Shown one piece after another: positions 50,609 through 58,720 of a stretch of DNA of 64,000 nt (its first letter is position 1; each line of letters starts with the position of its first letter). Where the stretch lies: contig DATKWJ010000022.1 of the NCBI GenBank assembly GCA_035529635.1, positions 1,362 to 65,361 of the forward strand. Reading direction: 5' to 3'. The notes beneath the pieces are model-generated. The model did no database searches. It was given only the letters and a program-made list of their open reading frames with translations, and was not told where the DNA came from. The translations under genes and the position numbers were made by a program. The stretch is from Patescibacteria group bacterium (GTDB lineage: Bacteria; Patescibacteriota; Minisyncoccia; Minisyncoccales; RBG-13-42-11).

Positions 50609-53600
50609 TTATTCCGCGCTTATTAAATCGTACAGCGGACCCTGGCATTTGTTCATGTCGTTGGCGGCGACTAAGAAGCTTTTCGTATTGTCATATTGGC
50701 AAATCATTTCCTTGTCAATCCAGTTAGGATCAGGGTTGGCAAGGAATTTCGATTTTACCGCGCATAAGCCGTTACTGGGGCCGATTATCTCGTAATAATA
50801 GGTTATTACGCCTATTTCCGCCAAATCCATGGAAACGATATATTGGGCCGGTCGGCATTTTTCGAATCTTTCTTCGATGCAATTCTGAACTTCTCCGTTC
50901 AGGTCGGGGTTATTCGGCCCGATCTCTCCGCAATCTACCATGGTCCCAGCCGCCGCCGCTTCTTTCGTCAATTTGTCGATCGTTTTTATCATGCTTCCTC
51001 CTGAAGTGGTCAAGACGAGTTTGTCTTTGATTATCGCCCAACAAATGCCGAAATTGTTCGAAGGGAAGGAGGCATAGCGGAAAACATTGTTTTGGTAAGT
51101 TGTTTCCTTGAAAACGACGGGGGCAGCCGATCCTTCTTTCCCCAGAATTTCAAAAAGATTTTCAGTGTCTTTTTCTATGGTCGATTCCCAAGAAAGCATT
51201 GAACCAGCGAGATTCTCTTCTTTTATTTTTGCTATGAATCCCAAACGGTTGGCTCCTTCGTTGCTATAAACGAACAGGGTAAAATTATCGTCCAGCTTTC
51301 CTAAAATCTCTTCGGGAATTTCAGTCGCTGCGGCAGCGAAAAATTCCCTCAAACCGACGATTTCGTTTTTATCCGTATTTTTAAATAAGATTCTGGCATA
51401 TTCTTCCTTTCCGAAGGTTTTTCCCAAAATCTGACTGAGCAGTGTTGGAATTTCCGAGATATCCGTAACTTCCGCGGTTTCCGTGGTATTGGTCGAAATT
51501 AAAGCATCGGGGATTGTAATTTCCGGCTTTCCGGGCGTTTTTTCTTCAGTTTTTTCTTCCAAAGAAGGGAGAACTATCGGCTCTTCGGGCGTTTTGTCTT
51601 TTTGCATGACGAAAAACAAATAAGCCAAACCGGCCAGTGACAGAACGAATGCGCTGATTAAAGTTCTGACGAACAGTTTTTGGGCAAAGGATGGTTTCTC
51701 AGGCGGTTTGGGGATTATGGTTTCGGTTATTCTTTTTTCTGTTTCCGGGTTTTCGGGAGGGAATTTCGTTTCGTCCGCCCTCAGCCGGTTTCTGCCGAAA
51801 AATATCTTTTTTTCCGTCCAGAGATTTTCTTCCTGCCTTCTTTCCGTTTCTTTGGTAATTCTCTTTTTTATTTCCTCTTCAATAATTTTTTTTCTTTCTT
51901 CCTCTCCTCTTTTTTTTGTTTTTTCCGCTTGGTTTACCTTTTCTTCGTTAAATTTCGGCTTTTGGATTTCAACCGTTTCTTTTTCTTTTTTCTTTTTTTC
52001 CTCTTCCGGGAGCTCGGCGGCCGGAAGTTTTTCTTCTTCTGGCGGAGATATTTTAAGCAGCCGGTCGATTTCAATTAATCTTTCTTTTAAAGGTTTTTCT
52101 TTTCTTAAAATTTCCTGTTTTTCTTTTTCCGTTTTTTTCAATTCGATGGAAAAATCTTTTTCTTCTTGTTCCAATTTCCATCTTTTGCCCTCTAGGGCTT
52201 TTCTATCATCTTCGATTTTCCATCTGCTTTTCTCAATTTTTTTCTGTTCCGCCGGGTTTAAAGCTTCTTTTTCTTTTCTTTCGATGTTTCTGATCATTTC
52301 TTCGGTCGTCTGCTCTTCCGCCAAAATTTCTTCCAAACCGTCTTCGATTTTGTTCTTTTGGCCTGTCAGTTCGTTCTTTTTGTTTTCTATCGTTTTTTCT
52401 TCTTCAATCAATTGCGCCAGTTCGTTTTTCAAGCGCGATTTTTCCTGAATAAGCCTTTTTTCTTCTTTTTTCTGCAGAATTTTATCTCTTTCCTTTTTCA
52501 ATCCTTCCTCGTTTCTCGAAATCTCCCCGTATTTCAACTCAAGACCCTTGATTTGCTCTTTTACTTTTTCTATTTTTTCCTGGATCGTCCATTTGGCGTT
52601 TTCCAATTCCCGCCTTCTGGTCGTTGTTTCCCATCTCCGTTTCTCAATTTGTTTTTTCTTTTCCAGAGGGGTTATTTTTTCCAATTCCTCTATTTCCAGA
52701 ATTTTGTTTTCAACGATGTCTTCTTCTCCTAAAATAGGTTTCAGCTGGGTTTCGAAATTTTTAATTTCCGTCAAAAACTGTTCTTTTTCTCCGTCCAACA
52801 CCTCTTTTTTCGGAATGAGGTCTTCAATTTCCTTGTTGATGTTGATTAATCTTTGCTCTTCAGCTTTTTCCGCCAGAAGTTTTTCCTGTTTTATCCTTTC
52901 TTCTCTTCTGGCTATTCTTTCCTCTTCCTGTCTTTTCTTTTCTTCCTCAGCCTCTTTTATTTTCCTTACTCTTTCTTCCTCCTGCCTTTTTCTTTCCTCT
53001 TCCTGTCTTTTCTTTTCTTCCTCAGCCTCTTTTATTCTCCTCAGCCTATCTGCTTCCGCCTGGGCAGCCGCTCTTTTCTTTTCTTCTTCCGCTTCCTTTA
53101 TTTTCCTTATTCTTTCCTCTTCCTGTCTTATTTTTTGTTCTTCTTCCTGTTTTTTCCTTAATTCTTCTTGTTTTGTTTTTTCGTTTTCTTCTTTCTTTTT
53201 TAACTCTTCCTCTTCTTTCAATTTCCTCAGTCTGTCCTCTTCCGCCTGGCTAGCAGCTTTTCGTTTTTCCTCATCTGTTTCTTTTATTTTTTCTTCTTGT
53301 TCCGCCCTTTCCTCTTCTTGTCTTTTCTTTTCCTCTTCTTCCCTTAGTTTTTTTAATTCTTCATTTTCTTTTTGGGCAGCTATTCTTTTTCTTTCTTCTT
53401 CCGCTTCCTTTATCTTTTTTATTCTTTCCTCTTCCTGTCTTTTCTTTTCTTCTTCTTTCTCGATTGTTTCTGTTTTTTTGATTTTGAGCGGTTCTGTTTC
53501 TTTGGCCTTCGGTTCAAATCCGGAAATTTTCTCTCTTTCTATCTGAAAACCACGTTCTCTCAATTTAACGATGTCTTTTTTCATCGTTTTAATATCCTCC

Positions 53601-53653
53601 CTTTTCAGTAGCATCGTTTTTTCTTTATTTATGAAGTCGAATTCTTCGGCCAT
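50609..53653 (-). CDS. 1014-aa hypothetical: E/K/R-rich repeat region + single TM + Cys-containing C-terminal domain
   Basis: It is the only long ORF that is not low-complexity antisense. About 640 aa of EEEKKRQEEER-type repeats are followed by a TM helix (LFVRTLISAFVLSLAGLAYLFFVM), then about 330 aa of ordinary composition ending in a roughly 120-aa segment with several Cys. Confidence 0.6.
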   Translation of the reverse strand: MAEEFDFINKEKTMLLKREDIKTMKKDIVKLRERGFQIEREKISGFEPKAKETEPLKIKKTETIEKEEEKKRQEEERIKKIKEAEEERKRIAAQKENEELKKLREEEEKKRQEEERAEQEEKIKETDEEKRKAASQAEEDRLRKLKEEEELKKKEENEKTKQEELRKKQEEEQKIRQEEERIRKIKEAEEEKKRAAAQAEADRLRRIKEAEEEKKRQEEERKRQEEERVRKIKEAEEEKKRQEEERIARREERIKQEKLLAEKAEEQRLININKEIEDLIPKKEVLDGEKEQFLTEIKNFETQLKPILGEEDIVENKILEIEELEKITPLEKKKQIEKRRWETTTRRRELENAKWTIQEKIEKVKEQIKGLELKYGEISRNEEGLKKERDKILQKKEEKRLIQEKSRLKNELAQLIEEEKTIENKKNELTGQKNKIEDGLEEILAEEQTTEEMIRNIERKEKEALNPAEQKKIEKSRWKIEDDRKALEGKRWKLEQEEKDFSIELKKTEKEKQEILRKEKPLKERLIEIDRLLKISPPEEEKLPAAELPEEEKKKKEKETVEIQKPKFNEEKVNQAEKTKKRGEEERKKIIEEEIKKRITKETERRQEENLWTEKKIFFGRNRLRADETKFPPENPETEKRITETIIPKPPEKPSFAQKLFVRTLISAFVLSLAGLAYLFFVMQKDKTPEEPIVLPSLEEKTEEKTPGKPEITIPDALISTNTTETAEVTDISEIPTLLSQILGKTFGKEEYARILFKNTDKNEIVGLREFFAAAATEIPEEILGKLDDNFTLFVYSNEGANRLGFIAKIKEENLAGSMLSWESTIEKDTENLFEILGKEGSAAPVVFKETTYQNNVFRYASFPSNNFGICWAIIKDKLVLTTSGGSMIKTIDKLTKEAAAAGTMVDCGEIGPNNPDLNGEVQNCIEERFEKCRPAQYIVSMDLAEIGVITYYYEIIGPSNGLCAVKSKFLANPDPNWIDKEMICQYDNTKSFLVAANDMNKCQGPLYDLISAE
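52850..53480 (-). repeat. imperfect internal DNA repeats within the E/K-rich gene
   Basis: The plus-strand motif CCTCTTCCTGTCTT recurs at 52921, 52996, 53116 and 53428, extending to CCTCTTCCTGTCTTTTCTTTTCTTC in three of the four copies. CCGCTTCCTTTAT recurs at about 53091 and 53401. A 75-bp (25-aa) period is visible between the first two copies. Confidence 0.6.
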
Positions 53654-53665
53654 GGAAAATTGGAT

Positions 53666-55798
53666 TTATTTTTTTATTTCTTTAAGAGACAGGTTTATTC
53701 TTCCCTGTTCGTCTATGGAAATTACTTTTACCGGTATAATGTCTCCCACCTTGACCACGTCTTCCACTTTTTCAACCCGGAAATTGGCCAATTGAGAAAT
53801 GTGGACCAGGCCTTCTTGTCCGGGCAGGATTTCAACGAAAGCTCCGAAATTCAGGATTCTTTTGACTTTTCCCTGAAAGATTTCGTCCACCTTGACTTCA
53901 TGAGTGATGTTTTTTATCCAGTCTACGGCTTTGCCGGCAGCTTCTTCTTTCTCGGCCGTGATGAAAATTCTGCCTGAATCTTCAATATCTATGGAAACGC
54001 CGCACTCGCCGATGATTTCATTGATGACTTTTCCGCCCGGTCCTATTACTTCCCTAATTTTAGCAGGATTTATCTGTAAAATTAATATCCTGGGCGCGTA
54101 AGGCGAGAGTTCCGGCTTGGCTTTGGAAATCACTTTGGTTATTTCCCCCAAAATTTGCAGCCGTGCCTTTTCTCCCCGGGATAAAGTTTCTTCCATAATT
54201 TTCCTGCCGATGCCGTCTATTTTGACGTCCATCTGCATGGCCGTGATTCCTTTTTCCGTCCCAGCGATTTTAAAATCCATGTCTCCATGGTGGTCTTCTG
54301 GACCTTGGATATCAGTCAAAATTTTATAATTTCCTTTATTATCCTGCATCAGCCCCAAGGCAATGCCGGTAGCCGGCCTCGGGATGGGCACACCGGCGTC
54401 CATCAAAGCCAGGGAACCACTGGAAACAGAAGCCATGGAAGTCGAACCGTTGGAGGAAAGGATTTCAGTGACTATCCTGATGGTGTAGGGAAAACTGTCG
54501 AAACCGGGAACCAGCGGCATCAAAGCTTTTTCCGCCAGAATGCCGTGGCCTATTTCTCTTCTGCCTGGTCCTCTCATCGGCTTGACTTCGCCCGAAGAAT
54601 AAGGAGGGAAATTATAATGGTGCATGAATCTTTTCTTGCCGGTTTTTTCCATGCCTTCGAGCAGCTTCACGTCTCCCGGCGCACCTAGAGTCAGAATGGA
54701 AAGGGCTTTGGTCTGGCCCCTGGTAAAAAGTCCGGAACCGTGGGTTCTGGGCAGCAATCCGGTTTCACACTCGATATTCCTTATAGCGTCGATTTTTCTT
54801 CCGTCTGGTCTTTTTTCGTGTTTGATGATGTTTTCGTGAATTGTCTTTTCTATTATTTTTTCAAAAAAATCTTTGGCATAATCCTCCTTTTCCTTATCCG
54901 GGTATTTTTCTTGGATATACGAAACCAATTCCTTTTTCAGGAGATTGGCTTCGTTCATCAGGTCGTTTTTGTTTTCTTGATAAAGGGCCTTTTCCAGTCT
55001 TTGACCCAGAAAATTTTCTATTTCTTTTTCCAGTTCCGGATTTTCAGCCGGTGCTTCGATTTTGTCTTTCGGCCGGCCGATTTTTTCAACGATTTCTTTT
55101 TGAAAATCAATCAGTTTTTCAAGAAAAGGCTTGGCGAAATCCACGGCTTTCAGGATCGTTTCTTTTTCCGTTTCGTTTCCTTCCATTTCAACCATGTTAA
55201 TCAGGATTTCATCGCCTTTTTTATTGCCCAAAAATTCGGCCGCAGGAGATTTCAAACCGGCTATGGCCAGATCCAGATTGTTTTTTTCCCTTTCCTGATA
55301 AGTGGGATTAAGAATGAATTCTTGTTCGTTCTGGCCGATTCTTAAAATTCCTATCGGTCCGGACCAGGGGATATTGGAAACAGAGAGAGCCAGGGAAGCC
55401 GCAAAACAGCCGATAATATCCGGATCGTTTTCTCCGTCCCAGGAAAGGCAGGTGACCACCACTTGGATATCTCTTTTAATGTGTCCGGGGAATCTTGGCC
55501 TGATTGTCCTGTCAATGAATCTTGAAGTTAAAATAGCCTCGTCTGAAGGCCGGCTTTCCCTTCTCATATATCTTGAACCGAGAATTTTCCCGGCCGCATA
55601 GTATCTTTCTTCGTAATCAACCGTCAGAGGAAAGAAACTCACTCCTTCCCTTTCATAGTTTGCCATAACTGCCGTAGCTAAAACCATGGTCTCGCCGTAC
55701 TGGACCAAGACATTGCCTGAAGCCTGCTCGGCCAGATTTCTGGCCTCGACCTTCAGTTCTTTCCCACCGATTTCCAGTTTGAATTTTTCGTAAGGCAT
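53666..55798 (-). CDS. pnp: polynucleotide phosphorylase
   Basis: Has two RNase PH domains, a KH domain and an S1 domain (GKVKRILNFGAFVEILPGQEGLVHISQL). The start is ATG 55798 (MPYEKFKLEIGGKEL); the track's 61-aa extension runs into the NYN gene. Confidence 0.95.
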   Translation of the reverse strand: MPYEKFKLEIGGKELKVEARNLAEQASGNVLVQYGETMVLATAVMANYEREGVSFFPLTVDYEERYYAAGKILGSRYMRRESRPSDEAILTSRFIDRTIRPRFPGHIKRDIQVVVTCLSWDGENDPDIIGCFAASLALSVSNIPWSGPIGILRIGQNEQEFILNPTYQEREKNNLDLAIAGLKSPAAEFLGNKKGDEILINMVEMEGNETEKETILKAVDFAKPFLEKLIDFQKEIVEKIGRPKDKIEAPAENPELEKEIENFLGQRLEKALYQENKNDLMNEANLLKKELVSYIQEKYPDKEKEDYAKDFFEKIIEKTIHENIIKHEKRPDGRKIDAIRNIECETGLLPRTHGSGLFTRGQTKALSILTLGAPGDVKLLEGMEKTGKKRFMHHYNFPPYSSGEVKPMRGPGRREIGHGILAEKALMPLVPGFDSFPYTIRIVTEILSSNGSTSMASVSSGSLALMDAGVPIPRPATGIALGLMQDNKGNYKILTDIQGPEDHHGDMDFKIAGTEKGITAMQMDVKIDGIGRKIMEETLSRGEKARLQILGEITKVISKAKPELSPYAPRILILQINPAKIREVIGPGGKVINEIIGECGVSIDIEDSGRIFITAEKEEAAGKAVDWIKNITHEVKVDEIFQGKVKRILNFGAFVEILPGQEGLVHISQLANFRVEKVEDVVKVGDIIPVKVISIDEQGRINLSLKEIKK

Positions 55799-56322
55799 TA
55801 TCGTTTCGGTTTGATTGTTTTTAAAAGGTATTTTTCCGGATTCTCTTCCAGGTCGATGAATTCGTCGGCCGTTTCTTTCAATCTGGCGGAAGAAGACCTG
55901 CCGAAAGCCACGACCTCCACTCTTTTTCCTTGATTTTTCAGATATTCCACCAGCTGGATGAAATCGCCGTCGCCCGAACACAAAATAATGGTGTCGCAGC
56001 TCGGCGCGATTCTGATGGCGTCAACCGTAATGCCGACGTCCCAGTCGGCTTTTTTGACTCCTCCGAAGAATTCCTGCAGGTCCCTGACCCTGGTTTCGAT
56101 TCCCAATTTGATCAGCGCTTCGAAAAAAGGTTTTTCCTCGCCGGTTTTCGTTCTGACCACGTAAGCGAAAGCCCTGATCAGATTCCTGTTGGAAACAGCT
56201 GTTTTTAAAATAGCCCCGAAATTGACGCGGGTGCCGTAACTGTACAGGTTTTTGGCGGAGTGATAAAGATTTTGCACGTCCATCAAGACGGCGATGCGCT
56301 GTCCGAGATGTTTGATTAGCAT
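55798..56322 (-). CDS. NYN-domain (LabA-like) putative ribonuclease
   Basis: 174 aa with IAVLMDVQNLY...KKADWDVGITVDA...ILCSGDGDFIQLV, the NYN/LabA acidic motifs. Its stop shares 1 nt with the pnp ATG (TAATG). Confidence 0.8.
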   Translation of the reverse strand: MLIKHLGQRIAVLMDVQNLYHSAKNLYSYGTRVNFGAILKTAVSNRNLIRAFAYVVRTKTGEEKPFFEALIKLGIETRVRDLQEFFGGVKKADWDVGITVDAIRIAPSCDTIILCSGDGDFIQLVEYLKNQGKRVEVVAFGRSSSARLKETADEFIDLEENPEKYLLKTIKPKR

Positions 56323-56330
56323 AAAAAAAT

Positions 56331-56606
56331 TTATTTTTTAACCTTTGCCAGTCCTATTTTTTTCATGATGGCGTTGTATCTTTTAATATCCTCTTTTTTC
56401 AGATAAGCCAATAAAGCTCTTCTTTTCGAAACCATTTTTAACAGTCCTCTTTTTGAGTGGAAATCTTTGGCGTGCTTTTTCAAATGCAAAAGCAGCTGTT
56501 TGATTTCTTCGGTCAGCAGGGAAATTTGAACTTCCGGAGAACCGGTGTCCATATTGTGCAGTTTGTATTTTTCTATGATTTTTGTTTTTTGTTGCGCTGT
56601 CAGCAT
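56331..56606 (-). CDS. rpsO: 30S ribosomal protein S15
   Basis: 91 aa with [49 protein letters not shown]. Confidence 0.95.
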   Translation of the reverse strand: MLTAQQKTKIIEKYKLHNMDTGSPEVQISLLTEEIKQLLLHLKKHAKDFHSKRGLLKMVSKRRALLAYLKKEDIKRYNAIMKKIGLAKVKK

Positions 56607-56635
56607 AATTTTATTTTTATTTTATAAAATCTATG

Positions 56636-56709
56636 TGCCCCCACCAGGACTCGAACCTGGAACCTTATTCTTAAGAGGAATCTGCTCTAACCAATTGAGC
56701 TACGGGGGC
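56636..56709 (-). tRNA. tRNA-Lys (anticodon CTT)
   Basis: Hand-folded 74-nt cloverleaf: acceptor GCCCCCG/TGGGGGC, D arm GCTC..GAGC, anticodon loop CTCTTAA, T arm CCAGG-TTCGAGT-CCTGG. There is one 27:43 mismatch and no encoded CCA. Confidence 0.85.
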
Positions 56710-56821
56710 AGAGAAGGCGTGGGGGTTCGTCATTATTATATCAGAATTTTATTGAAAATGAAATTGTTCTGATTAATTTTAGCTTATTTCGGAAAATTTT
56801 ACAAATATAAACGGTTGGTAA

Positions 56822-56852
56822 GAGAAAAAGCCCTTATACCAGGCTTTTTCTC
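56822..56852 (-). terminator. hairpin immediately 3' of tRNA-Arg(TCG)
   Basis: GAGAAAAAGCC-(9 nt)-GGCTTTTTCTC is a perfect 11-bp stem, 2 nt after the tRNA CCA end on the minus strand. Confidence 0.5.
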
Positions 56853-56854
56853 GC

Positions 56855-56929
56855 TGGTGCCCCCGGAAGGACTTGAACCCTCATCACTGGTTCCGAAGAC
56901 CAGTACTCTATCCATTAAGCTACGGGGGC
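56855..56929 (-). tRNA. tRNA-Arg (anticodon TCG), with genomically encoded CCA
   Basis: Hand-folded 75-nt cloverleaf: acceptor GCCCCCG/CGGGGGC, anticodon arm CTGGT-CTTCGGA-ACCAG, T arm GAGGG-TTCAAGT-CCTTC, then ACCA. Confidence 0.85.
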
Positions 56930-57061
56930 TCTGGACAAAATTTCTTTCTTGAAGAAATATTGGCTTTTATATTATGCCATAACGGTCCATTTCGGACAAG
57001 GCGTTGAAAAAAAGGAATTTTTAATTTAAAATTCAAATATAACAGCGGAGCGTCAATCAAA

Positions 57062-58531
57062 ATGCAGATACCTAAAGAAGTAAAATCCATTATCGATAAA
57101 TTAGCAAAGAGCGGCTTTGAGGCCTATATTGTCGGCGGCTGTTTGAGGGATTTTTTAAGAGGCGTGGAACCGGAGGACTGGGATGTGACGACTTCGGCCA
57201 AGCCCGAGGAAATCCAGAAAATATTCGTTGAAAGTTTTTACGAAAATAAATTCCTGACAGTGACCGTCCGGACGAAAAGTAAAAGTCCGAAGCTGGCAGA
57301 AATCGAAATCACCACTTATCGTTCCGAAGCTAAATACGAGGACAAGCGCCATCCCGATAAGATAGAGTTCGCCGAAACCATTGAAGAAGATCTGACCCGC
57401 CGCGATTTCACCATCAATGCCATGGCTTTGAAACCCGGTCTTAAGCCAGCGCCAGTCGGCATTGTCGATCCGTACAACGGACAGAAAGATTTAAAAAACA
57501 AGATCATCCGGGCAGTCGGCCAGCCGGATGAAAGGTTCAACGAAGACGCTTTGAGGATGATGAGAGCGGTCAGATTCGCCGCTACCCTGGGTAAAGGCTG
57601 GCAGATTGAACCGGCGACCATGACAGCGATTAAAAAAAACGCCCTTTGGATTTCCGCTATTTCCAAAGAAAGAGTCAGAGATGAGTTTCTAAAAATCATC
57701 ATGTCGGAAAAGGCGGCCGAGGGCATCGAACTGATGAGAGAAGCCAGGCTCCTGAAATTCGTTCTGCCAGAATTGGAAGAAGGCTGCGGAGTTTCACAGA
57801 ACAAGCATCATCTCTACGACTGTTACGAGCATAATCTGAAATCGCTCGACTATGCTGCCAAGAAAAATTTCAACAAATACGTCAGACTGGCTGCTTTGTT
57901 CCATGACATCGCCAAGCCGCGCGCCAAAAGGGGCCAAGGATCTGAGGCCACTTTTTACGGCCATGAAATCCTTTCAGCCAAGCTGACTTATCAGATTTTG
58001 AACCGTTTGAAATTTTCCAAAAAAGACGTTGAAAAAATCGTCAAACTGGTCAGATACCATCTTTTTTATTATAATGTCGGCGAAGTTTCGGAAAGCTCGG
58101 TCAGGAGATTAGTTTTCAAAGCCGGTTCGGAAAATATGGAAGAACTGCTGCAATTGAGAATGGCGGACAGAATCGGCTCCGGCGTGCCCAAAGCAGAACC
58201 TTACAAATTAAGGCATTTGAAATACATTATTGAAAAAGTCAGTCAGGATCCTATTTCCGTAAGAATGCTCAAAGTAAGCGGCAAAGACGTCATGGAAATT
58301 TTGAAAATCCAGCCCGGATCCAAGATAGGACAAATCTTGGATATCTTGCTCGGTTGCGTTTTGGCTGATCCTAAAAGAAACGAAAGAGAATTTTTAGAAA
58401 AGGAAATTAAAAAATTGGGAAGATTGCCGGAAAAAGAATTAAAAAATTCAGCCAAAAAAGCCGGAGAAGAAAGGGAAAAAATAGAAACAAAAAAAGATGA
58501 AATGACCAAAGCGAAATACTGGGTAACTTAG
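57062..58531 (+). CDS. cca: CCA-adding tRNA nucleotidyltransferase with HD domain
   Basis: 489 aa with GGCLRDFLRG..EDWDVTT, RRDFTINAMA and the HD region LAALFHDIAKP. Confidence 0.85.
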   Translation: MQIPKEVKSIIDKLAKSGFEAYIVGGCLRDFLRGVEPEDWDVTTSAKPEEIQKIFVESFYENKFLTVTVRTKSKSPKLAEIEITTYRSEAKYEDKRHPDKIEFAETIEEDLTRRDFTINAMALKPGLKPAPVGIVDPYNGQKDLKNKIIRAVGQPDERFNEDALRMMRAVRFAATLGKGWQIEPATMTAIKKNALWISAISKERVRDEFLKIIMSEKAAEGIELMREARLLKFVLPELEEGCGVSQNKHHLYDCYEHNLKSLDYAAKKNFNKYVRLAALFHDIAKPRAKRGQGSEATFYGHEILSAKLTYQILNRLKFSKKDVEKIVKLVRYHLFYYNVGEVSESSVRRLVFKAGSENMEELLQLRMADRIGSGVPKAEPYKLRHLKYIIEKVSQDPISVRMLKVSGKDVMEILKIQPGSKIGQILDILLGCVLADPKRNEREFLEKEIKKLGRLPEKELKNSAKKAGEEREKIETKKDEMTKAKYWVT

Positions 58532-58545
58532 TCCATTATTTTTTT

Positions 58546-58616
58546 CGGGGTGTAGTATAACGGCAGTATACAGGGTTCGGGACTCTGCGGTCTGGGTTCA
58601 ATTCCCAGCACCCCGA
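58546..58616 (+). tRNA. tRNA-Pro (anticodon CGG)
   Basis: Hand-folded 71 nt: acceptor CGGGGTG/CACCCCG, anticodon arm CAGGG-TTCGGGA-CTCTG with G37, T arm CTGGG-TTCAATT-CCCAG. The D arm is short with G-U pairs. Confidence 0.8.
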
Positions 58617-58620
58617 CATT

Positions 58621-58691
58621 GGGCCTGTGGTTCAACGGTACAACACTACATTCGCATTGTAGTAATGGCGGTTCGATTCCGCCCAGGTCCA
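58621..58691 (+). tRNA. tRNA-Ala (anticodon CGC)
   Basis: Hand-folded 71 nt: acceptor GGGCCTG/CAGGTCC containing the G3:U70 Ala identity pair, anticodon arm CTACA-TTCGCAT-TGTAG, T arm GGCGG-TTCGATT-CCGCC. Confidence 0.85.
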
Positions 58692-58720
58692 TATTAGACG
58701 ATTTGTTTTTCGCTTTGCTT

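Noticed and set aside
51680-53546. Several long plus-strand ORFs (for example 51708-52448 at 246 aa and 52548-53546 at 332 aa) rich in S/F/L.
   Set aside because: They are antisense shadows of the E/K/R-repeat gene: GAA/AAG-rich codons read as TTC/CTT on the opposite strand. Their low-complexity composition has no start context, so they are not independent genes.
55799-55981. A 61-aa N-terminal extension of pnp in the track (MFGRRRFHPAGG...).
   Set aside because: It overlaps the 3' end of the NYN gene in another frame and is Arg/Gly-rich nonsense. PNPase homology starts at MPYEKFKLEIGGKEL (ATG 55798).
58619-58720. The track start of the 878-aa ORF at 58619 (MGLWFNGTTLHSHCSNGG...).
   Set aside because: This N-terminal extension is simply tRNA-Ala (58621-58691) read as protein. 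The real start is ATG 58721 at the beginning of the PlsY domain.
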